Assembly (NCBI GenBank): GCA_037128175.1
Contig: JBAXWY010000029.1
Span: forward strand, 1-34,619
Direction: 5' to 3'
Source: Methanothrix sp.
Lineage (GTDB): Archaea > Halobacteriota > Methanosarcinia > Methanotrichales > Methanotrichaceae
Length of the DNA stretch: 34,619 nt
The stretch's first letter is position 1; every line of letters starts with the position of its first letter. This document shows, one piece after another, positions 10,049 to 19,214 of this stretch. The notes under the pieces were generated by a model that had not been told where the DNA came from, did not search any database, and saw only the letters and a list, made by a program, of their open reading frames with translations. A program made the position numbers and the translations under genes.

Positions 10049-10612
10049 TTATCTATTTAGAAAGCTGCGCAGCTTCATCGCCAGATAAATAGTGACAAGG
10101 CCACCGATGATGCAAAGGTATGCCAGCAGAGACACCAGCATAAGAACGCTAACTACGGGAGAGCCTATCAGGAGCAATCCGAATATGATGCTTAAGACGC
10201 CCATGATGGCCGTCCCCCATCCTTCCTTCATCGCCCAGAAGAGGCTGCTCACGCCGAAGCAAACTCCGAGAATGCCCACAATCAGGATAACCGTCTCAGG
10301 GACTATTAGGGCGCTTAGCAACGGATGACCAAAGATAATTAAGCCTGCCAGTATTCCCAATAAACCGCTGACCGCTCTCCATATCCAATCAGTCCTGTCC
10401 ATGAAGATCGTGATTATCGTCAAGATGCCGATGATGATCCAGTATAATCCCAGGGTCTGCACGAGAAAGATGATGGTCGAAACCGGTGAGATAATCAGAT
10501 AAATGCCTATAATCAGGGCGACCAGACCTTGCAGCAGTACAAGCCACCAGGGAATTAGGGCAGCCTTAACCAATGATGTCTCGTTCACAGTTATTTCTGT
10601 CACAAATATCAT
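10049..10612 (-). CDS. HdeD/DUF308-family membrane protein
   Basis: WWLVLLQG start and six short Gly-rich transmembrane segments. Confidence 0.8.
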   Translation of the reverse strand: MIFVTEITVNETSLVKAALIPWWLVLLQGLVALIIGIYLIISPVSTIIFLVQTLGLYWIIIGILTIITIFMDRTDWIWRAVSGLLGILAGLIIFGHPLLSALIVPETVILIVGILGVCFGVSSLFWAMKEGWGTAIMGVLSIIFGLLLIGSPVVSVLMLVSLLAYLCIIGGLVTIYLAMKLRSFLNR

Positions 10613-10815
10613 TCTCCACAATAATTATTTTTAATAGTTAAGCAATCTTAATAGATATAATTTTGTATTCAGCTTAGCGCCGGTATATGTTCGCAAAGAT
10701 CGCTTCGATCTTCTTCTTCTTTGGTAATCTCAACCCAGTCATTCCTGCACATAAAGGGCTCGCCCTGCGAAAAGGCATTATATTTATATCAAATGCATGC
10801 AGAGATATTTCCTAT

Positions 10816-11037
10816 ATGGCTAAAGTCTCGGGCAACATGGGCAAAGCGAAGAAAAAGCCCATTGTGCCTCGCGAAAATTCGCGAATAAGCGGTGATGACC
10901 TGATAGATATGAAGCTTCATGCCGCCCAGGAGATCCTGGCTGAGGTCTTTGGCATCACAGTTGTCGATGCACAAGAGATGATAAAACAGAGAAGCAAAGA
11001 GAGAATGCTCTGGCCGGAGAGGTTTCAAACCGGATAG
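10816..11037 (+). CDS. Small hypothetical protein
   Basis: ATG 10816 lies downstream of the TATA-like TTATATTTATA; helical LHAAQEILAEVFGI segment. Confidence 0.5.
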   Translation: MAKVSGNMGKAKKKPIVPRENSRISGDDLIDMKLHAAQEILAEVFGITVVDAQEMIKQRSKERMLWPERFQTG

Positions 11038-11073
11038 ATAATAATATATCGGTGCAAGCAGTAATTAGTCCTG

Positions 11074-11478
11074 ATGGGAATTCTGGCAAAGTTGATAAAA
11101 ACCGTTATTAGCGCCGTTCTGCTCAACAAAGCGGTCAGGGGTGCCATAATAGTCACGCTGGTCAAATCTGTGAAATGGACCCTCCGGCCATCGACAAGGT
11201 CGAGAATAATGGCATTTTTCGCCAATTTGATAAAGTCAGTGCCAGGCAGCAGCCGGCCCAATTTTCTTACAGGTCTTTTCAAGGGTATCGTGGAATTAGC
11301 GCTACTCCGGTTTGCAAAGCGAAGCGGTTTTTCCGGGCCTGCGGTACTCTCAGCCCTCGCCGCAATCCTGCTGGCCATGATGAAGGGAAGTGAAGAAAGT
11401 CCGGGCGCGAGCAGCAAGAGGCAAAAGGATCAAATCATTGACATTGATGAGTATACCGTAGTGGACGATCGGCATTGA
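11074..11478 (+). CDS. Hypothetical, probably membrane-associated protein
   Basis: Amphipathic/hydrophobic helices and an acidic C-terminus IIDIDEYTVVDD; fills the gap between neighbours. Confidence 0.6.
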   Translation: MGILAKLIKTVISAVLLNKAVRGAIIVTLVKSVKWTLRPSTRSRIMAFFANLIKSVPGSSRPNFLTGLFKGIVELALLRFAKRSGFSGPAVLSALAAILLAMMKGSEESPGASSKRQKDQIIDIDEYTVVDDRH

Positions 11479-11523
11479 CCGAATAAAGATTCCTATAAAT
11501 ATGAATCCGTTTATCCTCTTTTC

Positions 11524-12075
11524 ATGACCTTCAAAGCCGTGGAAATGGTAGCTGAGCTGATGGCCCTCTCTGCGCGCACCGCGCCCAAAGGCCGGGGCCA
11601 GGACTCCATAGTAATAAGAGTAGTAATAAGCGAAGAGCTGGTGGAGCTTTCTCGAGAGCTGCGCCGTCTGGGAGAGGCGCGGGGCATCAAATTCTTTTTG
11701 CGGGACGCAGGCAACCTGGAAAAGAGCGATGCGTGCCTTCTCTTGGGCAGCAAGGCCATAGAAAGCGTAGGCCTGGACTGCGGAGGATGCGGCTATGCCA
11801 CCTGCAAAGAGATGCAGGAAGCACAAAAACAATTCATGGAGTTGGAGCCGGAAAAATTCTTCCACGGCCCCAACTGCGTCATCAAGATGGCTGACCTTGG
11901 CATTGCTCTGGGCTCGGCTGCCAAGACGGCCAGCCTGCACAATGTCGACAACCGCGTCATGTTCACGGCAGGAGTGGCCGCACTCTCCCTGAACTGGCTG
12001 GAGGGCTGCAGCGTAGCCTATGGATTGCCCCTCAAAGCCTCAGGAAAGAGCATCTATTTTGATAGACCGATCTGA
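11524..12075 (+). CDS. DUF2148-type ferredoxin-domain/nitroreductase-like protein
   Basis: ARTAPKGRG, DCGGCGYATC, DLGIALGSA, DNRVM and KSIYFDR motifs. Confidence 0.85.
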   Translation: MTFKAVEMVAELMALSARTAPKGRGQDSIVIRVVISEELVELSRELRRLGEARGIKFFLRDAGNLEKSDACLLLGSKAIESVGLDCGGCGYATCKEMQEAQKQFMELEPEKFFHGPNCVIKMADLGIALGSAAKTASLHNVDNRVMFTAGVAALSLNWLEGCSVAYGLPLKASGKSIYFDRPI

Positions 12076-12092
12076 AGATTAGGTGAGCAGTC

Positions 12093-13169
12093 TTGGCTAA
12101 AATGAAGATTAGAGGCGGGGATCTGGACCTGGTGGAGTATGATTTCCAGCCCTTTCAACCTGGGGAATGCATCCACACACTGGGATTCGAAAAAGACTAC
12201 CAACTCATGCCCCATGTCGGAGTAGTCAAGGCAACGGCCCCTGGTCGCATTCATCTCACTGTGCTGGACATGAACCGTTTTGCTCCCAACCGACCGGGGG
12301 GCGGAGGCGTGGGCTTTGCCCTGCAGATCTACTGCTCCGCGAAGGTTGAGTGCACCGCCTCCGGCCTTGACATCGATTACTCGCGTGAGCCCATTATCCG
12401 TCATTTCGCAGAGGTCTTTAAGAAGACGGTGCATTATGAGGGCGGTTTTAAGATTGTGATCTCGGACCACGAAAGAAAGCACGTCGGCCTGGGCTCGACC
12501 GGATCGGTGCTCCTGGCCCTGGGCCACGCATTGAACGCTGCTTTAGGCTCCCCACTTAATTCTGAGCAGATCCGCCTGCTCTTGGGCCACAACTATGTGG
12601 AGGAGACAGAGGACGGGCGGGTGACCAGCGGCTTTGAGACGGGCGTGGGCCCAGCGGCTGCCACCTACGGAGGCATGGTCATTACCGGCGACGAGCTGGC
12701 GCTGGCCTACCGCCACCGTTTTGCCGAAGGTAAAAACGTCTTTGTCACCATACCACCTACCGCCGTCTCCTCGGCGGGAAGAGCGGAGTTTGACCTGCTT
12801 ATGAACCGGGCGAGGAACCTGGATTATCAGGACCGGGAACTGAAAGCCTATCTTCTGCTCATGGATCTCATCCCAGCTCTTGAGAAGGGCGACCTGAAAA
12901 AGGTAGGAGATGTCGTCTGGGAGATAGAGTTTCGCGGCTCGAAGAGGGCCGAGGTGGAGCACCACGGCTTTGAGATCTACCGGCAGATGAGCAGGCTTCG
13001 TGAGGCGGGCCTGGAATTCGTGGGCATGAGCTCGGTAGGCCCCTCCATTGCCATTGTAACCGACAGGAGCCGAGAGGAGGTAGCAAAGTTGATCGAGCCT
13101 TTGGGGCTGGAGATTGCCATTGAGACAAAGGTGGATAACGAGGGGCTTAATATTATATTGAAGCACTGA
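12093..13169 (+). CDS. GHMP-kinase family protein (beta-RFAP synthase-like)
   Basis: PGRIH, GGGGVGFA, HVGLGSTG and GMSSVGP motifs. Confidence 0.85.
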   Translation: MAKMKIRGGDLDLVEYDFQPFQPGECIHTLGFEKDYQLMPHVGVVKATAPGRIHLTVLDMNRFAPNRPGGGGVGFALQIYCSAKVECTASGLDIDYSREPIIRHFAEVFKKTVHYEGGFKIVISDHERKHVGLGSTGSVLLALGHALNAALGSPLNSEQIRLLLGHNYVEETEDGRVTSGFETGVGPAAATYGGMVITGDELALAYRHRFAEGKNVFVTIPPTAVSSAGRAEFDLLMNRARNLDYQDRELKAYLLLMDLIPALEKGDLKKVGDVVWEIEFRGSKRAEVEHHGFEIYRQMSRLREAGLEFVGMSSVGPSIAIVTDRSREEVAKLIEPLGLEIAIETKVDNEGLNIILKH

Positions 13170-13248
13170 ATATTCACCGTGAGCTAAATCCATCCAAAAG
13201 CTATTTCGCTAAGTACTGTAATGGCCATCCATCATTTAAGGAGTAAGT

Positions 13249-14073
13249 ATGGCGATAGGCAGACGCAGCGATAATTCAGAGAGCAATGGGGCTATCATGG
13301 GTTTCGAGGCCATGCTATGGGCCGCCGCGGATAAGCTTCGCAACAACACTGACAGAAAAAAACAGATTAAAATATTGGGCCTGAATTTAGGCATTGCCGC
13401 CGCCGACATAATTACCTTCTCGCCAGGATTACTCGGAATAGAGATGTCGGGCGGGGCTAGTGCATTGGCAACAGCCTTTGGTAGCACAATCATATTCTTA
13501 AGCGCCGTTGGGGTAATCTACGGCAATTATAGGCTCCTTGCCAGACCTGAAAAATCAATTCCAACGGCAGAAGATTATATTGAAGCATTGAATAGGCATC
13601 GTGGGCTCAAAACATTCGAAGAAACCATTAATTTGGCGATCGATCAGATTGTGCGACTGCAGAAAAAGAATAAAAATATACTGTTAATCCTTCCGCAGAT
13701 CTTCGGTGACTCAGAGATCACCTGCAATAAATTTATTGCGGCCATCGCCGAGATGAAGAATGCATTCTTTATGAATATCCGAAACATACTCAATAAATTA
13801 GATACATTTGATGAAGAAGACTACAATTTCATTAGAGAGAAACACGAGGCAGGGGTAGTTTCACAGCTGATCATGAGGGATAAGTTTGAAGTCTATAACG
13901 AATATGTTACTTCTGTTAAGGCTGCCACTGAAGATAATGAACAGATCCTGCTGATGCTGGATAAGCTGCTGCTTAGGATCTCAGACTTAAAATGTCCAGA
14001 TAGCGGCCAACGGGATCAAATGGCCGAGATGATCGACGATCTGATCAAACAGTTAAAATACTATAAGAAGTGA
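13249..14073 (+). CDS. XpaC-like two-TM helical protein carrying an N-terminal 33-aa fragment resembling the HsdM N-terminus
   Basis: Leader NGAIMGFEAMLWAAADKLRNN, then KILGLNLGIA..FSPGL, two TM helices and a helical bundle; first gene of the VWA-TelA operon. Confidence 0.7.
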   Translation: MAIGRRSDNSESNGAIMGFEAMLWAAADKLRNNTDRKKQIKILGLNLGIAAADIITFSPGLLGIEMSGGASALATAFGSTIIFLSAVGVIYGNYRLLARPEKSIPTAEDYIEALNRHRGLKTFEETINLAIDQIVRLQKKNKNILLILPQIFGDSEITCNKFIAAIAEMKNAFFMNIRNILNKLDTFDEEDYNFIREKHEAGVVSQLIMRDKFEVYNEYVTSVKAATEDNEQILLMLDKLLLRISDLKCPDSGQRDQMAEMIDDLIKQLKYYKK

Positions 14074-14091
14074 GTTGGGGGGAAAATCAAC

Positions 14092-15765
14092 ATGCTGAAC
14101 GAACGCGACAAAAATGTGATTTTGAAGATAATTGGTGCGGCAGTTGTAGTATTTATTATAGTTTTGATATCGATAGGTCCGAAACCTGGACCTGACCCTA
14201 CAAATGAGCTGAACAAAATCATCCCAAACATTAATGTGAAGACCGTCTTGCATGAGAAGCGTCCGGTTGAAGTTGCGCCCACAAAGCCGATAGACTTCTT
14301 GCCCGAAATCTCCAAGTACCCGCCGCAGTTGAACAGCAGCACACCCAACTACATCGAAATATTCTCCTCAACGGAAAAAGCCGGCAGCGGTACTGACGGC
14401 TGGCTGACAGAGGTGGCCAGAGACTTCAATAACGCGGCAATAATTGTTGATGGCAAAACGGTATCGTTAAGGCTCAGAGGAATCGCTTCCGGACAAGGGG
14501 CCGATTATATTACGTCCGGGAAGTATCTGCCGGATGCCTATACGCCGTCCAATGAACTATGGGGCGAGATGATCGTCTCCCAGGGGGTTAAAGCCCAGTT
14601 AGTGCAAAAGAGACTTGCTGGCAATGTGGCCGGGATACTGCTCACCAAAGCCAAGAAGGACGAGCTGGTAGCCAAATACGGGGCAATCAATATCAAGACG
14701 ATCATTGATGCTGTCGCGAACAACGAAATGCAGATGGGCTACACCAATCCTTTTACCAGTTCAACCGGGCTGAACTTTTTGATTTCAGCTTTACAGACTT
14801 TTAACAGCAGCAACTTATTGAGCGACAAAGCAAAGGCAGGATTTGAGAGCTTCCAGGCCAATATTCCCGTCGTCGCTATTACTACTCTGCAATTGAGGGA
14901 AGCTGCCAAATCAGGTGTTTTGGACGGTTTTATCCTGGAATACCAGACCTATATGAATACACCGGATATCAGGTCCTACGAATTCATTCCCTTTGGGGCC
15001 AGACATGACAGTCCGATGTATGCGATCGGCGAAATATCTGCGGAGAAAATGAAAATCCTAAATAAGTTCGTTGAATTCACCCAGCAGGAAAAGTACCAGG
15101 CCCTGGCTACCGAATATGGCTTCAACGGCCTTAATGAATACCAATCAGATACGGTAGCCGTCAGCGGCGATGTGATCATTCAGGCCCAAAAACTATGGAA
15201 AGAAAAGAAAGATACCGGTAAAAATATTTGCGCAGTCTTTGTGGCCGATGTCTCCGGCAGCATGGACGGCGAACGGCTGAATAGATTGAGACGTTCATTG
15301 CTCCTGGGTCAAAACAAGATCGGCAAGGACAATCTGATTGGCCTGATATCATATTCCAACGATGTCAATATCGATCTGCCGATTGCCAAATTCGATCTGA
15401 ACCAGAGGTCCTTGTTTGCCGGAGCGGTTGAAGATTTACAGGCAGGCGGCAGCACGTCAACCTTCGATGCGATTGCAGTCGCCATGAAGATGCTCATAGA
15501 TCAGAAGGCTGCTGGTCCCAATGCAGATCCCAATCTGAAAGCGAAGATTTTCGTTCTCAGCGACGGCGAAAGCAATACAGGCCATTCGCTGGATGACATT
15601 AGAGACATCGTGAAAGATCTTGGAATACCCATATACACAATTGGCTATAATGCGAATATCCCTGCCTTGGTGGAGATCTCCAAAATCAATGAGGCTGTCT
15701 GTATTAACGCTGATACCCAAGATGTTGTTTACGAACTGGGCAATCTGTTTAATATCGTGCTGTAA
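14092..15765 (+). CDS. Membrane-anchored solute-binding-like domain plus von Willebrand A domain protein
   Basis: N-terminal TM; YTNPFTSSTG binding-protein motif; MIDAS DVSGSM...T...LSDG. Confidence 0.88.
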   Translation: MLNERDKNVILKIIGAAVVVFIIVLISIGPKPGPDPTNELNKIIPNINVKTVLHEKRPVEVAPTKPIDFLPEISKYPPQLNSSTPNYIEIFSSTEKAGSGTDGWLTEVARDFNNAAIIVDGKTVSLRLRGIASGQGADYITSGKYLPDAYTPSNELWGEMIVSQGVKAQLVQKRLAGNVAGILLTKAKKDELVAKYGAINIKTIIDAVANNEMQMGYTNPFTSSTGLNFLISALQTFNSSNLLSDKAKAGFESFQANIPVVAITTLQLREAAKSGVLDGFILEYQTYMNTPDIRSYEFIPFGARHDSPMYAIGEISAEKMKILNKFVEFTQQEKYQALATEYGFNGLNEYQSDTVAVSGDVIIQAQKLWKEKKDTGKNICAVFVADVSGSMDGERLNRLRRSLLLGQNKIGKDNLIGLISYSNDVNIDLPIAKFDLNQRSLFAGAVEDLQAGGSTSTFDAIAVAMKMLIDQKAAGPNADPNLKAKIFVLSDGESNTGHSLDDIRDIVKDLGIPIYTIGYNANIPALVEISKINEAVCINADTQDVVYELGNLFNIVL

Positions 15766-15783
15766 ATACAGGGGGAGTTAAGA

Positions 15784-16923
15784 ATGGCCTTTACAATGGA
15801 AGTGCCCGATGAGGCGGCGATCAAGAAGGAGGTCCTGGAACAGGTCAAGCCGGTACCGGAAGAAGTAGCAAAGCTTCATGCTGTAGCGGAAAGCAATGTT
15901 GCCGAGATTATGACCCTGGATCTCGATGAATTTGCCAAACGGAAGGATATCCACCAGTCAATCGAGTCTTTTGGGGCTGACTCGATTAAACGCTCGGCAG
16001 CCAAAAATTCTTTGCTGCAGATGAAAGTCGGGAAGCTTTCCAAAGACGGTGATGATGGAGGCCTTGTGGCAAAAGGTTTAGTGGATTTGCAGCGGGAATT
16101 AAGAGAGCTGGACCCCAGCCTGATTGATTTCACCAGGACCGGCATTTTGGGCAAGCTGTTTGACCCGGTCAGGGCCTATTTTGCCAAATACCAGAAAGCA
16201 GAATCAGTGATTGCTGATATCATTGTCTCTTTGGACAAAGGGAAAATAACCCTGAAATATGATAATACTACTCTGGAAATCGAACAGCAGGCAATGCGTG
16301 ATTTGACTAAAAAGCTGATGAAAGATGTTCAGCTTTGTACCCTGATGGACGAATCGATTGAAAAACAAATCGAGGTGGCAAAAGCCAGGAACGAAGACCC
16401 GGAAAAGGTTAAATTTGTCACCGAAGAGGTCCTCTTTCCGCTTCGGCAGCGGTTTATGGATATGCAGCAGGTGATCGTCGTCAATCAGCAGGGAGTAATG
16501 GCGACAGAGCTTGTGATCAGAAATAATAAGGAACTGATTCGCGGGGTAGAAAGGGCCCAAAATGTGACGATTAACGCTTTGCGGATCTCAGTGATGGTTG
16601 CCGGCGCTCTCTATAACCAGAAGATTGTCCTGAAGAAGATTCAAATGCTCAATGAGATAACGGATAATTTCATCAGGAACAACGCGATAATGCTGAAGGA
16701 ACAAGGGGCGGAAATCCAGAAACAATCAATGCAAACCAATGTCTCAGTCGAGACGCTGAAGACTGCCTTTGCCGATGTCATGGAGGCGATGGATTCCATC
16801 AGCACCTATAAACAGGAAGCTCTGCCCAAAATGCGGGATACTATCAATCAGTTCAAGGAATTGGCCGCCAAAGGCGAAGAACAGATTTTGCATTTGGAGA
16901 AGGACCATAAACTGGAGCTGTAG
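15784..16923 (+). CDS. telA: Toxic anion resistance protein (TelA family)
   Basis: All-helical; LRELDP, GILGKLFDP..YFAKYQ, IRNNKELIRGVERA; typical XpaC-VWA-TelA gene order. Confidence 0.88.
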   Translation: MAFTMEVPDEAAIKKEVLEQVKPVPEEVAKLHAVAESNVAEIMTLDLDEFAKRKDIHQSIESFGADSIKRSAAKNSLLQMKVGKLSKDGDDGGLVAKGLVDLQRELRELDPSLIDFTRTGILGKLFDPVRAYFAKYQKAESVIADIIVSLDKGKITLKYDNTTLEIEQQAMRDLTKKLMKDVQLCTLMDESIEKQIEVAKARNEDPEKVKFVTEEVLFPLRQRFMDMQQVIVVNQQGVMATELVIRNNKELIRGVERAQNVTINALRISVMVAGALYNQKIVLKKIQMLNEITDNFIRNNAIMLKEQGAEIQKQSMQTNVSVETLKTAFADVMEAMDSISTYKQEALPKMRDTINQFKELAAKGEEQILHLEKDHKLEL

Positions 16924-16983
16924 CTGTAGCTGTTGCTGAAAGAATTCCGGTGCCTGCAGGGCGTGGTAGTTGACAGAAATCGT

Positions 16984-17304
16984 CTACACAAATAGCTTTT
17001 GAAGAACCATGCAAGTGCAGATCTGGGCAAATTCGCTGATACGCATCACTTCGCCATCGTAATCTTCCCAAGTGATAGCCGATACCTCAGCTTTCACCGG
17101 CTTATGGCTCTTTATGAACTTCTGGAAGGCGGCGATTTTTGCCTCATCTGCATCAACCTGGCAGATGACAACTTGCGAGCTGTTTTCCTCCCACCAGTAG
17201 GCAGAAATTCTCATCACCCCGCAATCCAATGCAGCCTCCATCAGGAATATGCGATAGCCTACATCATGCACTTTGGGACCGGTGATCTTGACTTTCAGCT
17301 TCAT
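16984..17304 (-). pseudogene. Acylphosphatase-domain gene, copy 1; truncated/frameshifted before the coiled-coil tail
   Basis: Starts [18 protein letters not shown] like copies 2 and 3, ends where they continue (QLNKAIP), and lacks the catalytic-position Asn. Confidence 0.7.
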
Positions 17305-17310
17305 CTCACT

Positions 17311-17345
17311 CTTGATATGTATCGACAAGCTATTTGGTTGTTTCC
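17311..17345 (-). promoter_or_regulatory. Conserved upstream motif of the acylphosphatase family (copy 1)
   Basis: Minus strand GGAAACAACCAAATAGCTTGTCGATACATATCAAG; 34/35 identical to the copy at 19810. Confidence 0.65.
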
Positions 17346-17360
17346 AAGAACGTTTCAATA

Positions 17361-17539
17361 CATGGATCTCATCCCGGCCTGGGAGAGGAGCGACCTGAAA
17401 AGGATGGGAGAAAAGAGTTTCGCGGCTCGAAGAGGGCGGAGATCGGGCACCACGGTTTTGAGATCTACCGGCACACAAGATCTTTTTGCGGGAGAGCGGC
17501 CCGGAATTCGTGGGCATGAGCTCGGTGGGGGGCCTCCAT
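17361..17539 (+). pseudogene. Degenerate copy of a 3'-proximal segment of the GHMP-kinase gene (12860-13048)
   Basis: Direct repeat ATGGATCTCATCCC...GAGTTTCGCGGCTCGAAGAGGGC...GGAATTCGTGGGCATGAGCTCGGT...CCTCCAT, with frameshifts. Confidence 0.9.
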
Positions 17540-17838
17540 CGAAAAAGCAGGTGGTGTTCATGTCTTTGCAAGCCACACAACAGCAACCATGATGATAGCA
17601 AACGGCGCTGACATAAGAATAGTTCAAAAAGTATTAAGACACAATGACATAAGAACAAACCTTCGCTATGCACATGTTAGCGATAAAACTAAAAGGAAAA
17701 AATATGAGCAATGTTTGACTTTGTGAATATTTCATTTAATTACATGCAGCTAATGATACAAAAAGGTGGAAGCATGATGAATTCTAGAAGTTATCAGAAG
17801 TAGATACTCCCATATTAGCGTCCATCTGGCCATAAATC

Positions 17839-18807
17839 TTATAATTTATTCTTGTCGATTGTAGGATCAACATGTCTCATTTCATCTGCCATTTTATATT
17901 TCCAGTATCCTGCATTATCATAAGGAGTATATAAAATACCCGAATAATCGGAAGCCATTTCGAAATTATCATCAATACGACAAAGAATAAAAACTTTTTC
18001 GCGTCCTAATTTCGCAAGGAAGAAACCAAGCTCCATTATAACATTTTGCCTTGCCCTATACTTTCCTTTGCTTGGATCTATATTTTTAGGATAAGCAAAA
18101 TCATCTGGAGAAAGAATAATTATTGCAAAGCAGACATCCGAGTACTGTTCAAATTTTTCTATTATTGTTTTATTTCCATCAGGTTGTTCATGAAGTATTA
18201 TTGGCGTCAAATCCAGTTTTTCAAGCGTTCTTGCAACAGCAAGCTTCATCTCATCATCATGTCCATGAACTACAAAAATTCGATTAAGAACCTTTTCCAT
18301 TATCCCGATTTGAGCCACTTTAGATATTTCAGAATTTTTGCCTAGTCGCATTAATGTTGTGGGAATTTCGGTTTTATTATCTTTTTCTTTTTTAGCCGAC
18401 ACATCAATTTTTTCTGCCAATTTTTGCTCTTTGTTGAATTTATCAAATTTGCTGTTAATAAATTCTTCAATTTGCTGAAATTTTCCTCTTACCCATGCTT
18501 CGTCGTATCCAGTGATGTACAGGTGTGAGGAAGCTCCGGTATTAGTAGTTAGATCAATGGCTGACTTATATTTCGAGTCGCGATTGTAGGATCTTATTTC
18601 ATATCCACTTAATCTATCTGGAATCTCTTTATGGGCCAAAAGCGCCTCAATCGATTTCTCCTCGATTTTAAGCATATCAACAGTTATATATATAGTAGAA
18701 TCCAAATCAGATTGATTATTACCTACTATCATTTCCCAAAGATTTTTCAAATCTATTTTACTAATTGGAACGTTTTTGATAAATTCTGATTTTATAAATT
18801 CTTTCAA
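17839..18807 (-). CDS. TIR-like nucleotide-binding domain protein (CAP12/Pycsar-type TIR) with unrecognised N-terminal domain
   Basis: IFVVHGHD, PIILHEQ, TIIEKFE, SPDD, RARQNVIMELGFF, SDYSG; strongly AT-rich relative to its neighbours. Confidence 0.88.
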   Translation of the reverse strand: MKEFIKSEFIKNVPISKIDLKNLWEMIVGNNQSDLDSTIYITVDMLKIEEKSIEALLAHKEIPDRLSGYEIRSYNRDSKYKSAIDLTTNTGASSHLYITGYDEAWVRGKFQQIEEFINSKFDKFNKEQKLAEKIDVSAKKEKDNKTEIPTTLMRLGKNSEISKVAQIGIMEKVLNRIFVVHGHDDEMKLAVARTLEKLDLTPIILHEQPDGNKTIIEKFEQYSDVCFAIIILSPDDFAYPKNIDPSKGKYRARQNVIMELGFFLAKLGREKVFILCRIDDNFEMASDYSGILYTPYDNAGYWKYKMADEMRHVDPTIDKNKL

Positions 18808-19170
18808 TCGTATCCCCTCTGGTCCTTATAGGCCAAGTATAAGCCTGAGCATACATGAATATCAACTTTTGGATAACCTATTATTCTATATAAGGATACA
18901 ACTATTCACGTTTGAAAAGCACCCAAGGAATTTATCAGAATTTTTATTTGTATAACCCAATTATCATTGTTATTTCGGCCTAGTTCCAAGTGGAATTTCA
19001 AACTTTACATGTATCATTTATTTATTAATTTTACGCATTTGAACCAATCAAATCGATAGCAGAAAAACAGCTATCAGCCAAACAAAGAGCACATTGGAGC
19101 TACTTTCTAGCTCACTCATCAGGGTTGAAGAGTATCGGTTTTATCTATTCTTTTAGTTTATGGATTTATT

Positions 19171-19214
19171 TGAGAGAGCCTTGCCGGCCAATCCTCCCGG
19201 CAACGCCCCTCTCA
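19171..19214. repeat. Imperfect palindrome (REP-like or terminator-like), homologous to 20789-20829
   Basis: TGAGAG..TTGCCGG-N9-CCGGCAA..CTCTCA; overlaps the stop codon of acylphosphatase copy 2. Confidence 0.65.

Noticed and set aside
16912-16938. CTG(G/T)(A/T)G hexamer run over the telA stop
   Set aside because: Too short; simple slippage explains it.
17305-17673. N-terminal extension of the ORF-track call 16984-17673
   Set aside because: It runs through the promoter motif and the antisense GHMP fragment; paralogues show the true start at 17304.
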